64,000 bases of DNA, taken from the NCBI GenBank assembly GCA_964493415.1, contig CAZBND010000005.1:39076-103075 (forward strand), given 5' to 3'. The notes beneath the pieces are model-generated. The model was not told the DNA's origin, did no database searches, and was given only the letters and a program-made list of their open reading frames with translations. Both the position numbers and the translations under genes were made by a program. This DNA is from an uncultured Planctomycetota bacterium (GTDB lineage Bacteria > Planctomycetota > DG-23 > CAZBND01). Below are positions 1 through 9,524 of this stretch, one piece after another. Positions within the stretch are counted from its first letter, which is position 1, and each line of letters starts with the position of its first letter.

Positions 1-238
1 GTGAAGCCCTAAGATCTCGTTCCTGAGCGTCGGCAAGAAGGTCCCCGTGGGCAGAAGGCGAGGCCAGGCCAAGCGCTGCGGACAGCCCGACCACGAGCAG
101 GGCGGCGCGTCGCATGCTCCACACAGGCGAGCCAAATCCATGGTATTCTCCCGCCCCTGTACGGTGTAATCCCATCATTCACCTCAACTCCGCAGCGGCT
201 TTGTCAAGCATATCGCATTTCTCACACGCGGGCCGCCG

Positions 239-1600
239 CTATGCTTGCGAGACCAGCTCGTCTTCGAACCGTCGCAGGCGAAGCTCCAGCTCCCCGGCGA
301 CGTCCGGGTATTCCGCCACGACGTTTTCCTGCTCGGCCGGGTCGGTGCTTCGGCGATAGAGTTCAGTCGCGCGCGGCGCTACGTCCTTCGACGGCGGCGC
401 GGCCGGCTTTCCTCTGGGCCAGTACACGAAAGTCCACTCGTCCGTTCTTATGCTGCGCGAAGCGCCTATGCCGGACTTCAAGCTGTGGCAGGCGACGGCG
501 AAGTCGCGCAATGACTCCTCTTCCCCCTCGATGACGGGAAGAATGGAACGGCCGTGCATTTTCTCGGTCGGGCGCACACCGAAGGCGTCCAGCACTGTAG
601 CCGTCAGATCGCATGACTGGAAGAAGCTCGAAAAACGTCGCCCCGCTCCGTGCCCTTCCGGGTGCCTTATCAACAGCGGCACGTGCGCAAGCTCGTCGTA
701 AGGCCATGGGGCGAATTTGCGCCACAGACCGTGCCCCCACGTGCCCTCCCCCAACGGCTCGCCGTGGTCGGACGTGAATATCACCAGTGTGTCTTCCAGC
801 AGGCCGCCGTCTCTGAGATGGTCGATGAAGATGCCTACCCACTTGTCAACCATCGTGCACTCCCCTGCGTAAAGGGCGCGCACGACCTTGGCCTCTCTCT
901 CCGTTATCGAGAATCCGTCCTGGCGGGGAAACGGGCAGATGGGCATGAGCTCGCCGTGATAGTCAGCATCGTACTTCCGCCAGAATTCCTCGGGCGGATT
1001 CCACGGCTCATGGGGGTCGAAAGTGTCGAGCCACAACATGAAAGGCTGAGGCCGGTCGTACTTGTCAATCCACTTGATCGCTGCTTTTATGACCTGCGCC
1101 GCGAGATGGTCCTCGTCCGACCGCCACACCGAGAACTGCTGGACCCATTTGTGAAGGCCGGGGTGATTCACCACACGCCCGGCGGGGTAAATAGGGCCCA
1201 TGTCCACCTCTGCATCGAGCATTTCGTCGGTGAATGCCCAGCCGCTCTGTCCGCGAATGAACTCCACGTGGTCGAACCACTGAGTATACCCATGCCCCAT
1301 CGTGAACATCGGCATGGAGTCGCTGATCAACGACGTATAAACGTTGGCGTCGAAAAGGCTGCGGGCCAGCCGCCCATCCTCCGGACGCATGTCCTCCCAA
1401 CCGCGCCACGGGAAAGTGAACCGCCCCGTGAAGGCGGCGGTGCGTTGAGGAAGGGTAGGAAGACCTTCGGTGTAGGCGTTGTCTATGACGGCGCATTCTT
1501 TGCCGAACGCATCCAGCCTGGGAGTCTCGATCCAATCGTTGCCGTTGAAGCCGAAGTGGTCCCAACGCCAACTATCGCAAAGAATCACTATTACATTCAA
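239..1600 (-). CDS. Alkaline-phosphatase-superfamily hydrolase (sulfatase/NPP-like), paralog A; no signal peptide
   Basis: N-terminal metal-binding block VIVILCDSWRWDHFG aligns with the sulfatase ADDLGYGDLG block. FTSDHGE motif present. The nucleophile position reads T-L-P-Q-R (LPTLPQRTAAFTGR), not C/S-x-P-x-R. The GKxHxG block is absent. Confidence 0.7.
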   Translation of the reverse strand: MNVIVILCDSWRWDHFGFNGNDWIETPRLDAFGKECAVIDNAYTEGLPTLPQRTAAFTGRFTFPWRGWEDMRPEDGRLARSLFDANVYTSLISDSMPMFTMGHGYTQWFDHVEFIRGQSGWAFTDEMLDAEVDMGPIYPAGRVVNHPGLHKWVQQFSVWRSDEDHLAAQVIKAAIKWIDKYDRPQPFMLWLDTFDPHEPWNPPEEFWRKYDADYHGELMPICPFPRQDGFSITEREAKVVRALYAGECTMVDKWVGIFIDHLRDGGLLEDTLVIFTSDHGEPLGEGTWGHGLWRKFAPWPYDELAHVPLLIRHPEGHGAGRRFSSFFQSCDLTATVLDAFGVRPTEKMHGRSILPVIEGEEESLRDFAVACHSLKSGIGASRSIRTDEWTFVYWPRGKPAAPPSKDVAPRATELYRRSTDPAEQENVVAEYPDVAGELELRLRRFEDELVSQA

Positions 1601-1639
1601 TCATGCCTCCCTGAACGCAGCTGCACGAAGCCAGCGACA

Positions 1640-4600
1640 CTACGGACCAACCAACGCGCCGGCCGAATTGTTCACCTCCGTGATCTCGTCAATCGCGCCT
1701 TCCGGGTCCACCACTGCGTAGATCGTGTGCTCCCGCCCCTCCATATCGTACGGGAACCCCAGCCGAACCGTCTTCGGGTCGAGGTCTATCGGGGCCGCGA
1801 TATGGGGAATGGTCTGCCTGCCTATCTCCTTTCCCCCGGCGGCAGGGTCGCCATCATAGACGATCACGTCCACGTCGCGAGCCGGCTGAGAGCCCACGTT
1901 ATGTACTTTCACTATGAGCTGCTCGCTGGAGGCTGAGAATATGACGTCCTCTCGCGAGATGCCCAAATCCGGCAGCAGCTTCGTGTGCGCGCCGCGGCTG
2001 AGGCGGCTCACCTCCACAACAAACTGCCGTCGCGGCGGAAGCGTGAAGCTGATCGGCACGCCGCGCTGTGGCAGCGTCCACTCATCCACGGACGCTTCGA
2101 CGTCAATCGTCCCGTCTCCCGTTTGGTCGAAGCCCGTCCGCACCAAATAGACGCTACCGGGAGCAAGAACCCAGGGTCTGATGCCAAGCTCCGCAGGCGT
2201 TTCCGTCATGCTGTAGAGCACGACTCTCAGGTTTCGCTCATCACTCACGAGGCACGCGGCAACGCAGTCGCGCGTAAGCCCGGTGTAGGTAACCGCAGCG
2301 TGCTGGGTGCCTCCCGCGCCGTAGCCCGTCAGGGCCCTGAACGGATCGAGCATTCCCGGGATGTATATGCGGTCGGTGGCAAGCGAATCAGCGGTGACGA
2401 CCGGCCAACGCCTTCGCGCTTCGCGGTTGAGAATGGCGCATCCACGCTCTACCGCGTCGAGCGTGGTGACGGGCTCGGGGGTTGCGTCTGCCTTGAGCAT
2501 GTGCTCGATCCGCTGCCAGCCCGTGATCGCAGACCGCCCCGGCTGCTCAGCACTACCCAAAAGCATCCTGCCTGCCCACGCTGGGGAGCCCGGCTCGGGA
2601 TCCTCGATCGGATTGTCCAGGTAGGACTGAGCAAGTTCCGCCTCGCGTCGCATCGGCTCCAGATACTTCTCCTGCCCGGTGCGTTCGTAGGCCCCGATCA
2701 GCAGATCGACAACCGCCTCCCTATACCCTCCCATGCCCTCCCAGTCGTAGTTCACCGTCCCTGGAGCATGGTTCGCCTTGTACCACGCGGGTGAATCCAG
2801 GCCGCCGATTTCCATGGTCTGGAACGCGAATTCGGCCGGCATCACTCCCTCCGGCTTGCCCTTATCAGTGGACATCGAAGCAGCAAGCCATGCATCGGCC
2901 CACAGGTTGAACAGCCTAGCGAGGGTCGGGCTGCCGTTGTACCAGAGCACACTTCGCGCAGGAAGCGCCGGCCTATAGTTAATGCGAGAATCATTTGCTT
3001 GGTATCCGGTTCCCACGCCGACGGCTCCCAGGAAGTTGGCTCGCATTGCGAAGAAGCCCTTGTCGTTGAAGTCCATCCACAGGTCGCGCATCAGCTTTCC
3101 GGTCTTCATCGACCTTTCAATCCAGACGGGGTTCCCGTAATCCAACAGCATCATAACCGGCAGAGGATCGCCGGTGAACTCACCCGTATGTTCCGTATCG
3201 CCGACTCGGGGGAAGAACCCGCTTTCGGTGTCGACCTCTCCCAAGAACCACGCGCCGTCGCTTAAAAGCCGACAGCCTTCAAGCGTCACAGGCGATGCCT
3301 GCGGAGAGATCGCGCCGAAATTGCCGAAGAATCGCAGGGCCTCGACATCGTCCCCCCAGCCGCCGCCAAGCGATCCGTCGGGGAATTGCTTGTTTTCGAA
3401 CCACCATTCGCACAAGTCGAGCATGCGATTGTAGGCTTCCCACAACTGCGCGGCCCACCCTGGAGCTTGCTCGGCGGGCACATGGTATTCGGGGAACGCC
3501 CAATCAGCCCCCGGGGTCCAATCGTCGTAGAGATACAGCCGCACGTATCGGTTTTCGGGAAATTTCTTCTCCACTTCCCGAAGCATGGCAAAGGCCATCC
3601 CGCCGCCCATCATCCACCGGTGGGGCTCGATCATGAAAAGAGCCCGCGCGGCATATACGTTGGCCTTATAGTAATATGGACCCTCACTCATCATCTGGTG
3701 GCACCACGTTACGGCCCGATACAGGCGGAAGTAGGCGTTCTGCCAGTTCGATGCCCTGAACTGGATAGATTTGCTCATGACTTCGGCCGATACGGTGCGG
3801 TTGTTGACCAGGTCGGCGGCTCTTGCAAATATCTCGGTCAACCTCCGCAGCTCCACGGCACGGTAGTCATTCGGGTGCTCCGCCACGTATGAATCCAGCT
3901 CAGTCCCCAGCGTGGGCAGAAGCTCTGCTTCCCTATCGTTCTCAGGATGTCCCGCCAGCCAGGCGTAGCCCTGTGCGCGCGCGTACGCCAGAGCACCGCC
4001 CTCGACGGCGTGGAGCAACTCTTCGGCCTGAGCGAATTCTTGGTGGTTGAAGTGTTCCGCCACCTTCGCCAGCGCTCTGATTTCGGTCTCTTGGGTCCCT
4101 GCCGGAACGCCCGCCGGGTCGAAGCTCAACCCGCTGTCCGTCATCGAAAAAGGCTCCGGGCGGTGCTCATACACTTCAACGCCCATGACGCTGTTCCGCG
4201 TAAACGGCAACCAAAGGTGCCCCGGGCCCTGACTTCGCTTGCCCTTGACCCTCCCCGGCACCAGCCACGAGTCCTGCGGAACGAGAGGGTTTGCCCCAAG
4301 CCACGCGTCGTATTCGCTCTGATCCCCACGGAAGGAGAGGAGTAGACCGCCTTCGGGGAAATCGACATCGAATCGCAGCGGAAGGTAGAAGCCGTAGAAT
4401 AGGATGTCTTCGGGATTACGTCCCTTGATGGCGTATGGAGCGAGGTTCTTCGCTATCAACCGGTCGTTGGCGTAGATGGAAATGGAGCCGAGCGGGTCGA
4501 GCATATTCCCGATCGTCGCCACAACGTGATACCTGCCGGGCGGAAGGTCGATTCGGAACTCCATCACCTTACCACCCTGGACGCCGTCGCGATTCAGAGG

Positions 4601-4891
4601 GGTGACGTTCCTGTCGTAGAGAATGTCCCTGAAGATATGCCAGTGAGCCTCGCGTTCGGGAGTGTCCGTCGTAAATCCCGTGAGACCCGTACCAATCCAA
4701 CCGTACCCAACCTCGGCCGAGTACGTGTTTTCGGACGTAACGCGGACATAACCTGGAGCCACGGGCGAGCCTTCGGTCCCCATGTCGAACCTTAAGGGTA
4801 CGAAGTCCCCGGTAGCTCCAGCAAAGACACCCCCTCCCACAAACAAGAAAAGCAAAAGCGCCAGTCCTACGATACGCGATTCAGCAAACAC
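1640..4891 (-). CDS. Large secreted protein, paralog 1 of 3 (~1083 aa); N-terminal beta-sandwich-like region, central conserved core, C-terminal CARDB-like domain; candidate glycan-active enzyme
   Basis: GTG start preceded by GGGAGG. Signal peptide MFAESRIVGLALLLFLFVGGGVFAGA. Blocks shared with the ORFs at 17090-20305 and 22074-25310 include FDMGT..SPVAPGY, WW.ENKQFPDGSLGGGWGDDVE, ANDSRINYR and LWYN.SPTLA. The C-terminus (VHNVG...VVDP.GEIDEITE.NN) is CARDB-like. Confidence 0.75.
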   Translation of the reverse strand: MFAESRIVGLALLLFLFVGGGVFAGATGDFVPLRFDMGTEGSPVAPGYVRVTSENTYSAEVGYGWIGTGLTGFTTDTPEREAHWHIFRDILYDRNVTPLNRDGVQGGKVMEFRIDLPPGRYHVVATIGNMLDPLGSISIYANDRLIAKNLAPYAIKGRNPEDILFYGFYLPLRFDVDFPEGGLLLSFRGDQSEYDAWLGANPLVPQDSWLVPGRVKGKRSQGPGHLWLPFTRNSVMGVEVYEHRPEPFSMTDSGLSFDPAGVPAGTQETEIRALAKVAEHFNHQEFAQAEELLHAVEGGALAYARAQGYAWLAGHPENDREAELLPTLGTELDSYVAEHPNDYRAVELRRLTEIFARAADLVNNRTVSAEVMSKSIQFRASNWQNAYFRLYRAVTWCHQMMSEGPYYYKANVYAARALFMIEPHRWMMGGGMAFAMLREVEKKFPENRYVRLYLYDDWTPGADWAFPEYHVPAEQAPGWAAQLWEAYNRMLDLCEWWFENKQFPDGSLGGGWGDDVEALRFFGNFGAISPQASPVTLEGCRLLSDGAWFLGEVDTESGFFPRVGDTEHTGEFTGDPLPVMMLLDYGNPVWIERSMKTGKLMRDLWMDFNDKGFFAMRANFLGAVGVGTGYQANDSRINYRPALPARSVLWYNGSPTLARLFNLWADAWLAASMSTDKGKPEGVMPAEFAFQTMEIGGLDSPAWYKANHAPGTVNYDWEGMGGYREAVVDLLIGAYERTGQEKYLEPMRREAELAQSYLDNPIEDPEPGSPAWAGRMLLGSAEQPGRSAITGWQRIEHMLKADATPEPVTTLDAVERGCAILNREARRRWPVVTADSLATDRIYIPGMLDPFRALTGYGAGGTQHAAVTYTGLTRDCVAACLVSDERNLRVVLYSMTETPAELGIRPWVLAPGSVYLVRTGFDQTGDGTIDVEASVDEWTLPQRGVPISFTLPPRRQFVVEVSRLSRGAHTKLLPDLGISREDVIFSASSEQLIVKVHNVGSQPARDVDVIVYDGDPAAGGKEIGRQTIPHIAAPIDLDPKTVRLGFPYDMEGREHTIYAVVDPEGAIDEITEVNNSAGALVGP

Positions 4892-5114
4892 TGCAAAGCC
4901 TCCCTGGAAGATGTCCCACTTGCTCTGAGCCAGGCCGGAATCCAGATCCGGCGTTCGGTCAACGCCGTAAACTTAATTTCTGCGGGGGCTGTTGTCAACA
5001 AGCCTGCCGCTGCAATACCTCCCGCGTCCCGCAGGCCAGCCGCTCATACGAGTAGCTTGACGCCTATGAAACCAGCGACTATGCTGCACGGGCCAGCAGT
5101 CCGTCAGCACAGAT

Positions 5115-7076
5115 GTGGAGAAGCTTATGCGCGGCCGGGAAACACAGGCCCACGAGTTCCCATTGTGGGTGAAGGCAGAAGGGATATACGCAGCTAGTTC
5201 CCACGAGCCGCTGAAGTTCTATCGACGCATCGGCAATAACCCCGAATGGCGCGAGCAATGGTACTACGCGCATCGCACTGAAGAGTTCGCCAGGGAGATG
5301 GCGGATGCCGGGTTCAACCACGTCAACTTCGCCTTCTTCAAAGGGTTCGGTCTGGAGGAGGAACGCGAAGAGATCGACGATCTCGCAAAGCGAATCCCGG
5401 TCTTCCACAAACACGGCATCAAGGTGCGCGCGTACATCCAGTTCGGTTCACTGATGTACGAGACGTTCCTGAAGGAAGTGCCTGAGGCGAGAGACTGGTG
5501 CAGGCGAGATCCCCAGGGCCGCATAATCACTTACCGCTGGGGCAACTTGTATTGGAGATGGCGTCCTTGTCACAGCAAGCCGGGGTTCCGCGCCTATCTC
5601 AAGAAGTGCGTTGACCGCGCCATCGAAATCGGCGTCGACGCCATCGGCTTCGACAACGTCAAGCAAGGATGGGGAGGAGACTACCACGACTTCTGCTATT
5701 GCGAAACCTGCCGGTCGCTGTTTCGAAGCTACCTGGTCAACAACTTAGCCGGCCGCGCGGACCTCATCGGGATAAGTACATTCGAGAATGTGGAACCTCC
5801 TTTGCAGCATCACGTCAACGACGTCATCTGCCAGGCATGGGCGCGATTCCAGGACGAGCGCCTTCGCGACAACGTGCGCGAGATGTACGAATACGCCAAG
5901 AGCAAGAAGCCGGACGTGCTGATCAACACTAACGGCTTGCCGGCCCACGTATCAGGTGACTCCACGGACACAAGCACATGGGAAGGCCACTACTCGCCGC
6001 GAATCGAAAACGATGAAATCATCTGCGGAGCCCATGCTTATAAGCACGGGAACGACCGGGACATCTATGTTTACGCGTCGGTTGTCGCTCCTGAATTCAG
6101 TGAAGAAGACCTGAATTCGCCGGAGAGTGCAGGGCTGCGAACGATGAAGCTCGGCGTTGCTTGCGCCACGGCATTCGGCGGTCACGGCGTTTTCGTCCCC
6201 GCGATTATGTCGAAGATGCGTGGCGCGAAGTTCCCACTGGACGCGCCGGCGTTCGCAGAGACCTGCCGCCGCTACTTCGGCTTCCTGAGACAGCACCGGC
6301 GGCTCTTTTATCCTCTCGAATCCGCGGCCAACGTGGCTATCTATCTCAACTGGCCGTCCTGGACTCTGGACCGGGAACGTGTGACACCTGTCCACAACCT
6401 CGTGGAGCAGCTCTTCATAAGACACCATGTTCTTTTCGACATTTTCTATCTGAGGCCGCCGGAAAGCCTGCGAAAATATGACCTGTTGGTTTTTCCCGAG
6501 ATCAGATGCATGTCTGACCGCGAGTTGGGTGACATCACCAAGTTCATCCAAGCAGGGGGCGCGGTGCTGTCGTTGGGCCAGACTTGTCAGTGCGACGAGC
6601 ACTTCAGAGAGCGGCGGGCGGCCGGGTTGACGAAAGCTCTGAGCCACGGAGGGCAGAAAGTAAAATCTCTGCGAATCCCGCATGAGGCGTTGGAGCCGGG
6701 AGGCTGGAGGACGTTTGGCAGCCTTATCGAGGTAGCGCGCGACCTGTTGGGCGAAAAAGGTCTGCCGATCGAATTCGACGCGCCTGACACTTTAGCAGTC
6801 GATGCGTACAGGATACGAGGAACCGGCAAATCGACCGTTAGCCTGCTCAACTTCGATCCCGATCAGAAGGCGAAGGCCGTCGTGCTGCGGCTTTCAGGCA
6901 AGCGGTTCGGAGATGTCAAGCGCGCCTGGTGCGCGAGCCCCGACAGTCACTCGGCGGAACTTTCCCCACTGCCTGTCAAATCAGACCTGGAGGTTGCCGC
7001 ATTCACTGTCCCCGAAGTGGATATCTTCTCGATCGTAGTCACAGAAGGTTCCGCGTCTCGGCATGGAGCCGATTAG
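5115..7076 (+). CDS. GH42-like glycoside hydrolase (TIM barrel, beta-galactosidase-like) with a CxCxxC zinc-site-like motif
   Basis: 653 aa, matching GH42 length and architecture. N-terminal region (NPEW..W..EEFAREMADAGFNHVNF) resembles the GH42 catalytic barrel. A CHSKPG...CYCETC Cys cluster is present. Transcribed divergently from paralog 1. Confidence 0.5.
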   Translation: MEKLMRGRETQAHEFPLWVKAEGIYAASSHEPLKFYRRIGNNPEWREQWYYAHRTEEFAREMADAGFNHVNFAFFKGFGLEEEREEIDDLAKRIPVFHKHGIKVRAYIQFGSLMYETFLKEVPEARDWCRRDPQGRIITYRWGNLYWRWRPCHSKPGFRAYLKKCVDRAIEIGVDAIGFDNVKQGWGGDYHDFCYCETCRSLFRSYLVNNLAGRADLIGISTFENVEPPLQHHVNDVICQAWARFQDERLRDNVREMYEYAKSKKPDVLINTNGLPAHVSGDSTDTSTWEGHYSPRIENDEIICGAHAYKHGNDRDIYVYASVVAPEFSEEDLNSPESAGLRTMKLGVACATAFGGHGVFVPAIMSKMRGAKFPLDAPAFAETCRRYFGFLRQHRRLFYPLESAANVAIYLNWPSWTLDRERVTPVHNLVEQLFIRHHVLFDIFYLRPPESLRKYDLLVFPEIRCMSDRELGDITKFIQAGGAVLSLGQTCQCDEHFRERRAAGLTKALSHGGQKVKSLRIPHEALEPGGWRTFGSLIEVARDLLGEKGLPIEFDAPDTLAVDAYRIRGTGKSTVSLLNFDPDQKAKAVVLRLSGKRFGDVKRAWCASPDSHSAELSPLPVKSDLEVAAFTVPEVDIFSIVVTEGSASRHGAD

Positions 7077-7705
7077 AAAAGCGTATAGATGAACGGCGCC
7101 AGGGCGGAACTTTGGACGAAGAAGAGAAGAAGGCCCAAGATGACCAGGACCACCAACACCGGCACCAATACAAAGTGCCTGCGTCTGATAAAGAACCCAA
7201 GGACGATCATGGGCAATACCATCATCCGCAACGCTCGCCGCGACCCGGAAAGGTCTGCCAACATGACGATCGTCTCTTTGGGAGTCCATCCCTCCATTCC
7301 ATCAGGTGGGTCGCTCTTCCAGGCGTAGATCGGGTGGGAACCCTTGCTCACGCGCATCAACTTCCCCACCGGCCAGAAGAGAACAAAGTAGATCAAGGTA
7401 AGGAGAATCACAAAGACGAAGTTTCCGATAGCTCTGGACAGCCTGCGCACGGTCCTCTCGGGCAGGGACCACGCGGAGGGGAACACGACGGTGAGAATGA
7501 CGCCGCCCGCACCGAATATCATAATTCCCTTCCAAAGCACATCCTTCGCCCCGACTACGAGGAAGTAGTTGACGGAGCCGACGAGAAGCATCAAGCTGCT
7601 GACAAGCAGTCCGAACACTATCTGACTTCTCAGTAGGTGCCTGGCCCGCCGGCCGGCCAAGCGCTCCAAGTACCCTTGCGCCTCAGTCAAGGTCGAACCT
7701 CCCAA
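7073..7705 (-). CDS. Small polytopic membrane protein of unknown function, co-operonic with the carbamoyltransferase (possibly SxtJ/SxtK-like)
   Basis: Four or more hydrophobic helices. Its start overlaps the carbamoyltransferase stop by about 20 nt. Confidence 0.55.
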   Translation of the reverse strand: MGGSTLTEAQGYLERLAGRRARHLLRSQIVFGLLVSSLMLLVGSVNYFLVVGAKDVLWKGIMIFGAGGVILTVVFPSAWSLPERTVRRLSRAIGNFVFVILLTLIYFVLFWPVGKLMRVSKGSHPIYAWKSDPPDGMEGWTPKETIVMLADLSGSRRALRMMVLPMIVLGFFIRRRHFVLVPVLVVLVILGLLLFFVQSSALAPFIYTLF

Positions 7706-9524
7706 GCCACTCGGCTCGCTCCCTTTCGTTCATGGGCCGTCTTTTCTGCTCCTCTCTAAGGAGTAAACGGTCGCCCACCACGAGACGGTCGATCTCTGTC
7801 GCCATGAAACAGCGATAGGCATCCCCCACGGTGTTCACAATGGGTTCACCCCGGACGTTGAAGGACGTGTTGATGACGACGGAACACCCCGTCAGTTCCT
7901 TGAAGGCCCGCAAGACTCCGTGGATGAAGGGGTTGCGCTCTCTGTCGACAGTCTGAATACGCGCGGAGTAGTCGACGTGAGTGACCGCCGGCACGTCGGA
8001 GCGAGGCACCTTCAGAAGATCGATCCCCCATAGTTCTTTTTCTTCCTCCGTGAGCGCTCGCCACCTCCCCTCGACAACGGGGTAAGCCAGCAGCATGTAG
8101 GGGCTCTCCTGGCGGGCGTCGAAGTAGTCCCCAGTATCTTCGAGCAACACCATGGGGGCGAACGGTCGAAAACTTTCCCGGAACTTGATCTTCATGTTCA
8201 TGTGCGACTGCATTTTCGGAGAACGTGCATCCCCCAGGATGGATCGTGCTCCAAGGGCACGCGGCCCCCACTCCATCCGCCCGCGCGCGATGGCCACCAC
8301 CTTACCGTCCGCGATCATGCGGGCCATCTCGCGCTGAAGCTCGACCTCCGGAAGTGTCCGCCACACTCCCCCCAGGCTGCGCAAAATCCTGTCGTGTTCA
8401 TCGCATGCCGGCGGTATGTCCGGTCCCAAGAACGACCCCTCCATGCTGTCTTGCGAAGCGGGCGCTCGTCCGTTCCCCAGAACGCTGTGCCACATCCACA
8501 ACGCCGCTCCCAAGGCTCCGCCGGCGTCCCCGGCGGCAGGCTGTATCCACAATTTGTCGAAAGGATTGTTCACAGAAAGCCGGCCGCAAGAGACCACGTT
8601 CAGCGCGACTCCGCCTGCAAGCACGAGATCCTTCATGCCCGTTTCATCGTGCACATGCCGAGCCATCTTCTCCACGACCTCGTTGAGCACCTCCTGTACA
8701 CTTGCCGCCAAGTCCATCTCGCGCTGGGTGATGAGAGTCTCGGGCTTCCGAGGCGGGCCGCCGAATACCCTCTCGAATGCCTTGCCGGTCATGGTGAGCC
8801 CACCCAGGTAATTGAAATACTTCTGGTTAAGCCGGACAGAACCATCGTCCTCGACTGAGACGAGCTCGTTCCGAATAGTGTCCGCGTAGATAGGCCTCCC
8901 GTACGGGGCCAAGCCCATGAGCTTGTACTCGCCGCTATTGATCTTGAAGCCCGTGAAGTATGTGAAGGCCGAGTACAACAATCCAAGGGAATTGGGAAAG
9001 CGAAAGTGCCTCTTCAGCTCAACCTTATTTCCTCGCCCGATACCGTAGGTTGCGGTCGACCACTCCCCCACGCCGTCAATGGTGAGAATCGCCGCTTCCT
9101 CGAAAGGGGAAGGGAAGAAGGCGCTGGCGGCGTGAGAGAGGTGGTGATCGCAGAACGACACCCTCTTGCCAATGCCCATCTCGCCGGCTATGTTGCGCTC
9201 CATCCAGATGTTCTTGGTCAGCCAGGGCGGCATGGCCGCGAGGTAGCTCCTGATGCTGCGTGGGGCTGTGAGATGGTATGTCGTCAGGAGCCTCTCGAAC
9301 TTGACCAGCGGGTTCTCGTAAAAAATGACATGGTACAGATCGTTCTCATGCACTCCCGCCTCGTCCAGGCAATAGGCTATAGCCTTGTGGGGGAAAGAGG
9401 AATCGCCCTTTACACGGGAGAAGCGCTCTTCCTGGGCGGCCGCCACGATACGCCCGTCCCTCAACAACGCCGCCGCCGAATCGTGATAATAGGCCGATAT
9501 GCCAAGAATCAAGCAGCTCTTCAT
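7683..9524 (-). CDS. NodU/CmcH-family O-carbamoyltransferase
   Basis: N-terminus MKSCLILGISAYYHDSAAALLRDGRIVAAAQEERFSRVKGDSSFP is the hallmark of carbamoyltransferases (YrdC/Kae1-like N-terminal domain plus HypF-like C-terminal domain). 613 aa. Confidence 0.85.
   Translation of the reverse strand: MKSCLILGISAYYHDSAAALLRDGRIVAAAQEERFSRVKGDSSFPHKAIAYCLDEAGVHENDLYHVIFYENPLVKFERLLTTYHLTAPRSIRSYLAAMPPWLTKNIWMERNIAGEMGIGKRVSFCDHHLSHAASAFFPSPFEEAAILTIDGVGEWSTATYGIGRGNKVELKRHFRFPNSLGLLYSAFTYFTGFKINSGEYKLMGLAPYGRPIYADTIRNELVSVEDDGSVRLNQKYFNYLGGLTMTGKAFERVFGGPPRKPETLITQREMDLAASVQEVLNEVVEKMARHVHDETGMKDLVLAGGVALNVVSCGRLSVNNPFDKLWIQPAAGDAGGALGAALWMWHSVLGNGRAPASQDSMEGSFLGPDIPPACDEHDRILRSLGGVWRTLPEVELQREMARMIADGKVVAIARGRMEWGPRALGARSILGDARSPKMQSHMNMKIKFRESFRPFAPMVLLEDTGDYFDARQESPYMLLAYPVVEGRWRALTEEEKELWGIDLLKVPRSDVPAVTHVDYSARIQTVDRERNPFIHGVLRAFKELTGCSVVINTSFNVRGEPIVNTVGDAYRCFMATEIDRLVVGDRLLLREEQKRRPMNERERAEWLGRFDLD

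Noticed and set aside
363-1936. Long + strand ORFs (650-1936 and others) overlapping sulfatase-like paralog A
   Set aside because: Arg/Pro/Gly-rich with no motifs. The opposite strand encodes a coherent AP-superfamily enzyme.
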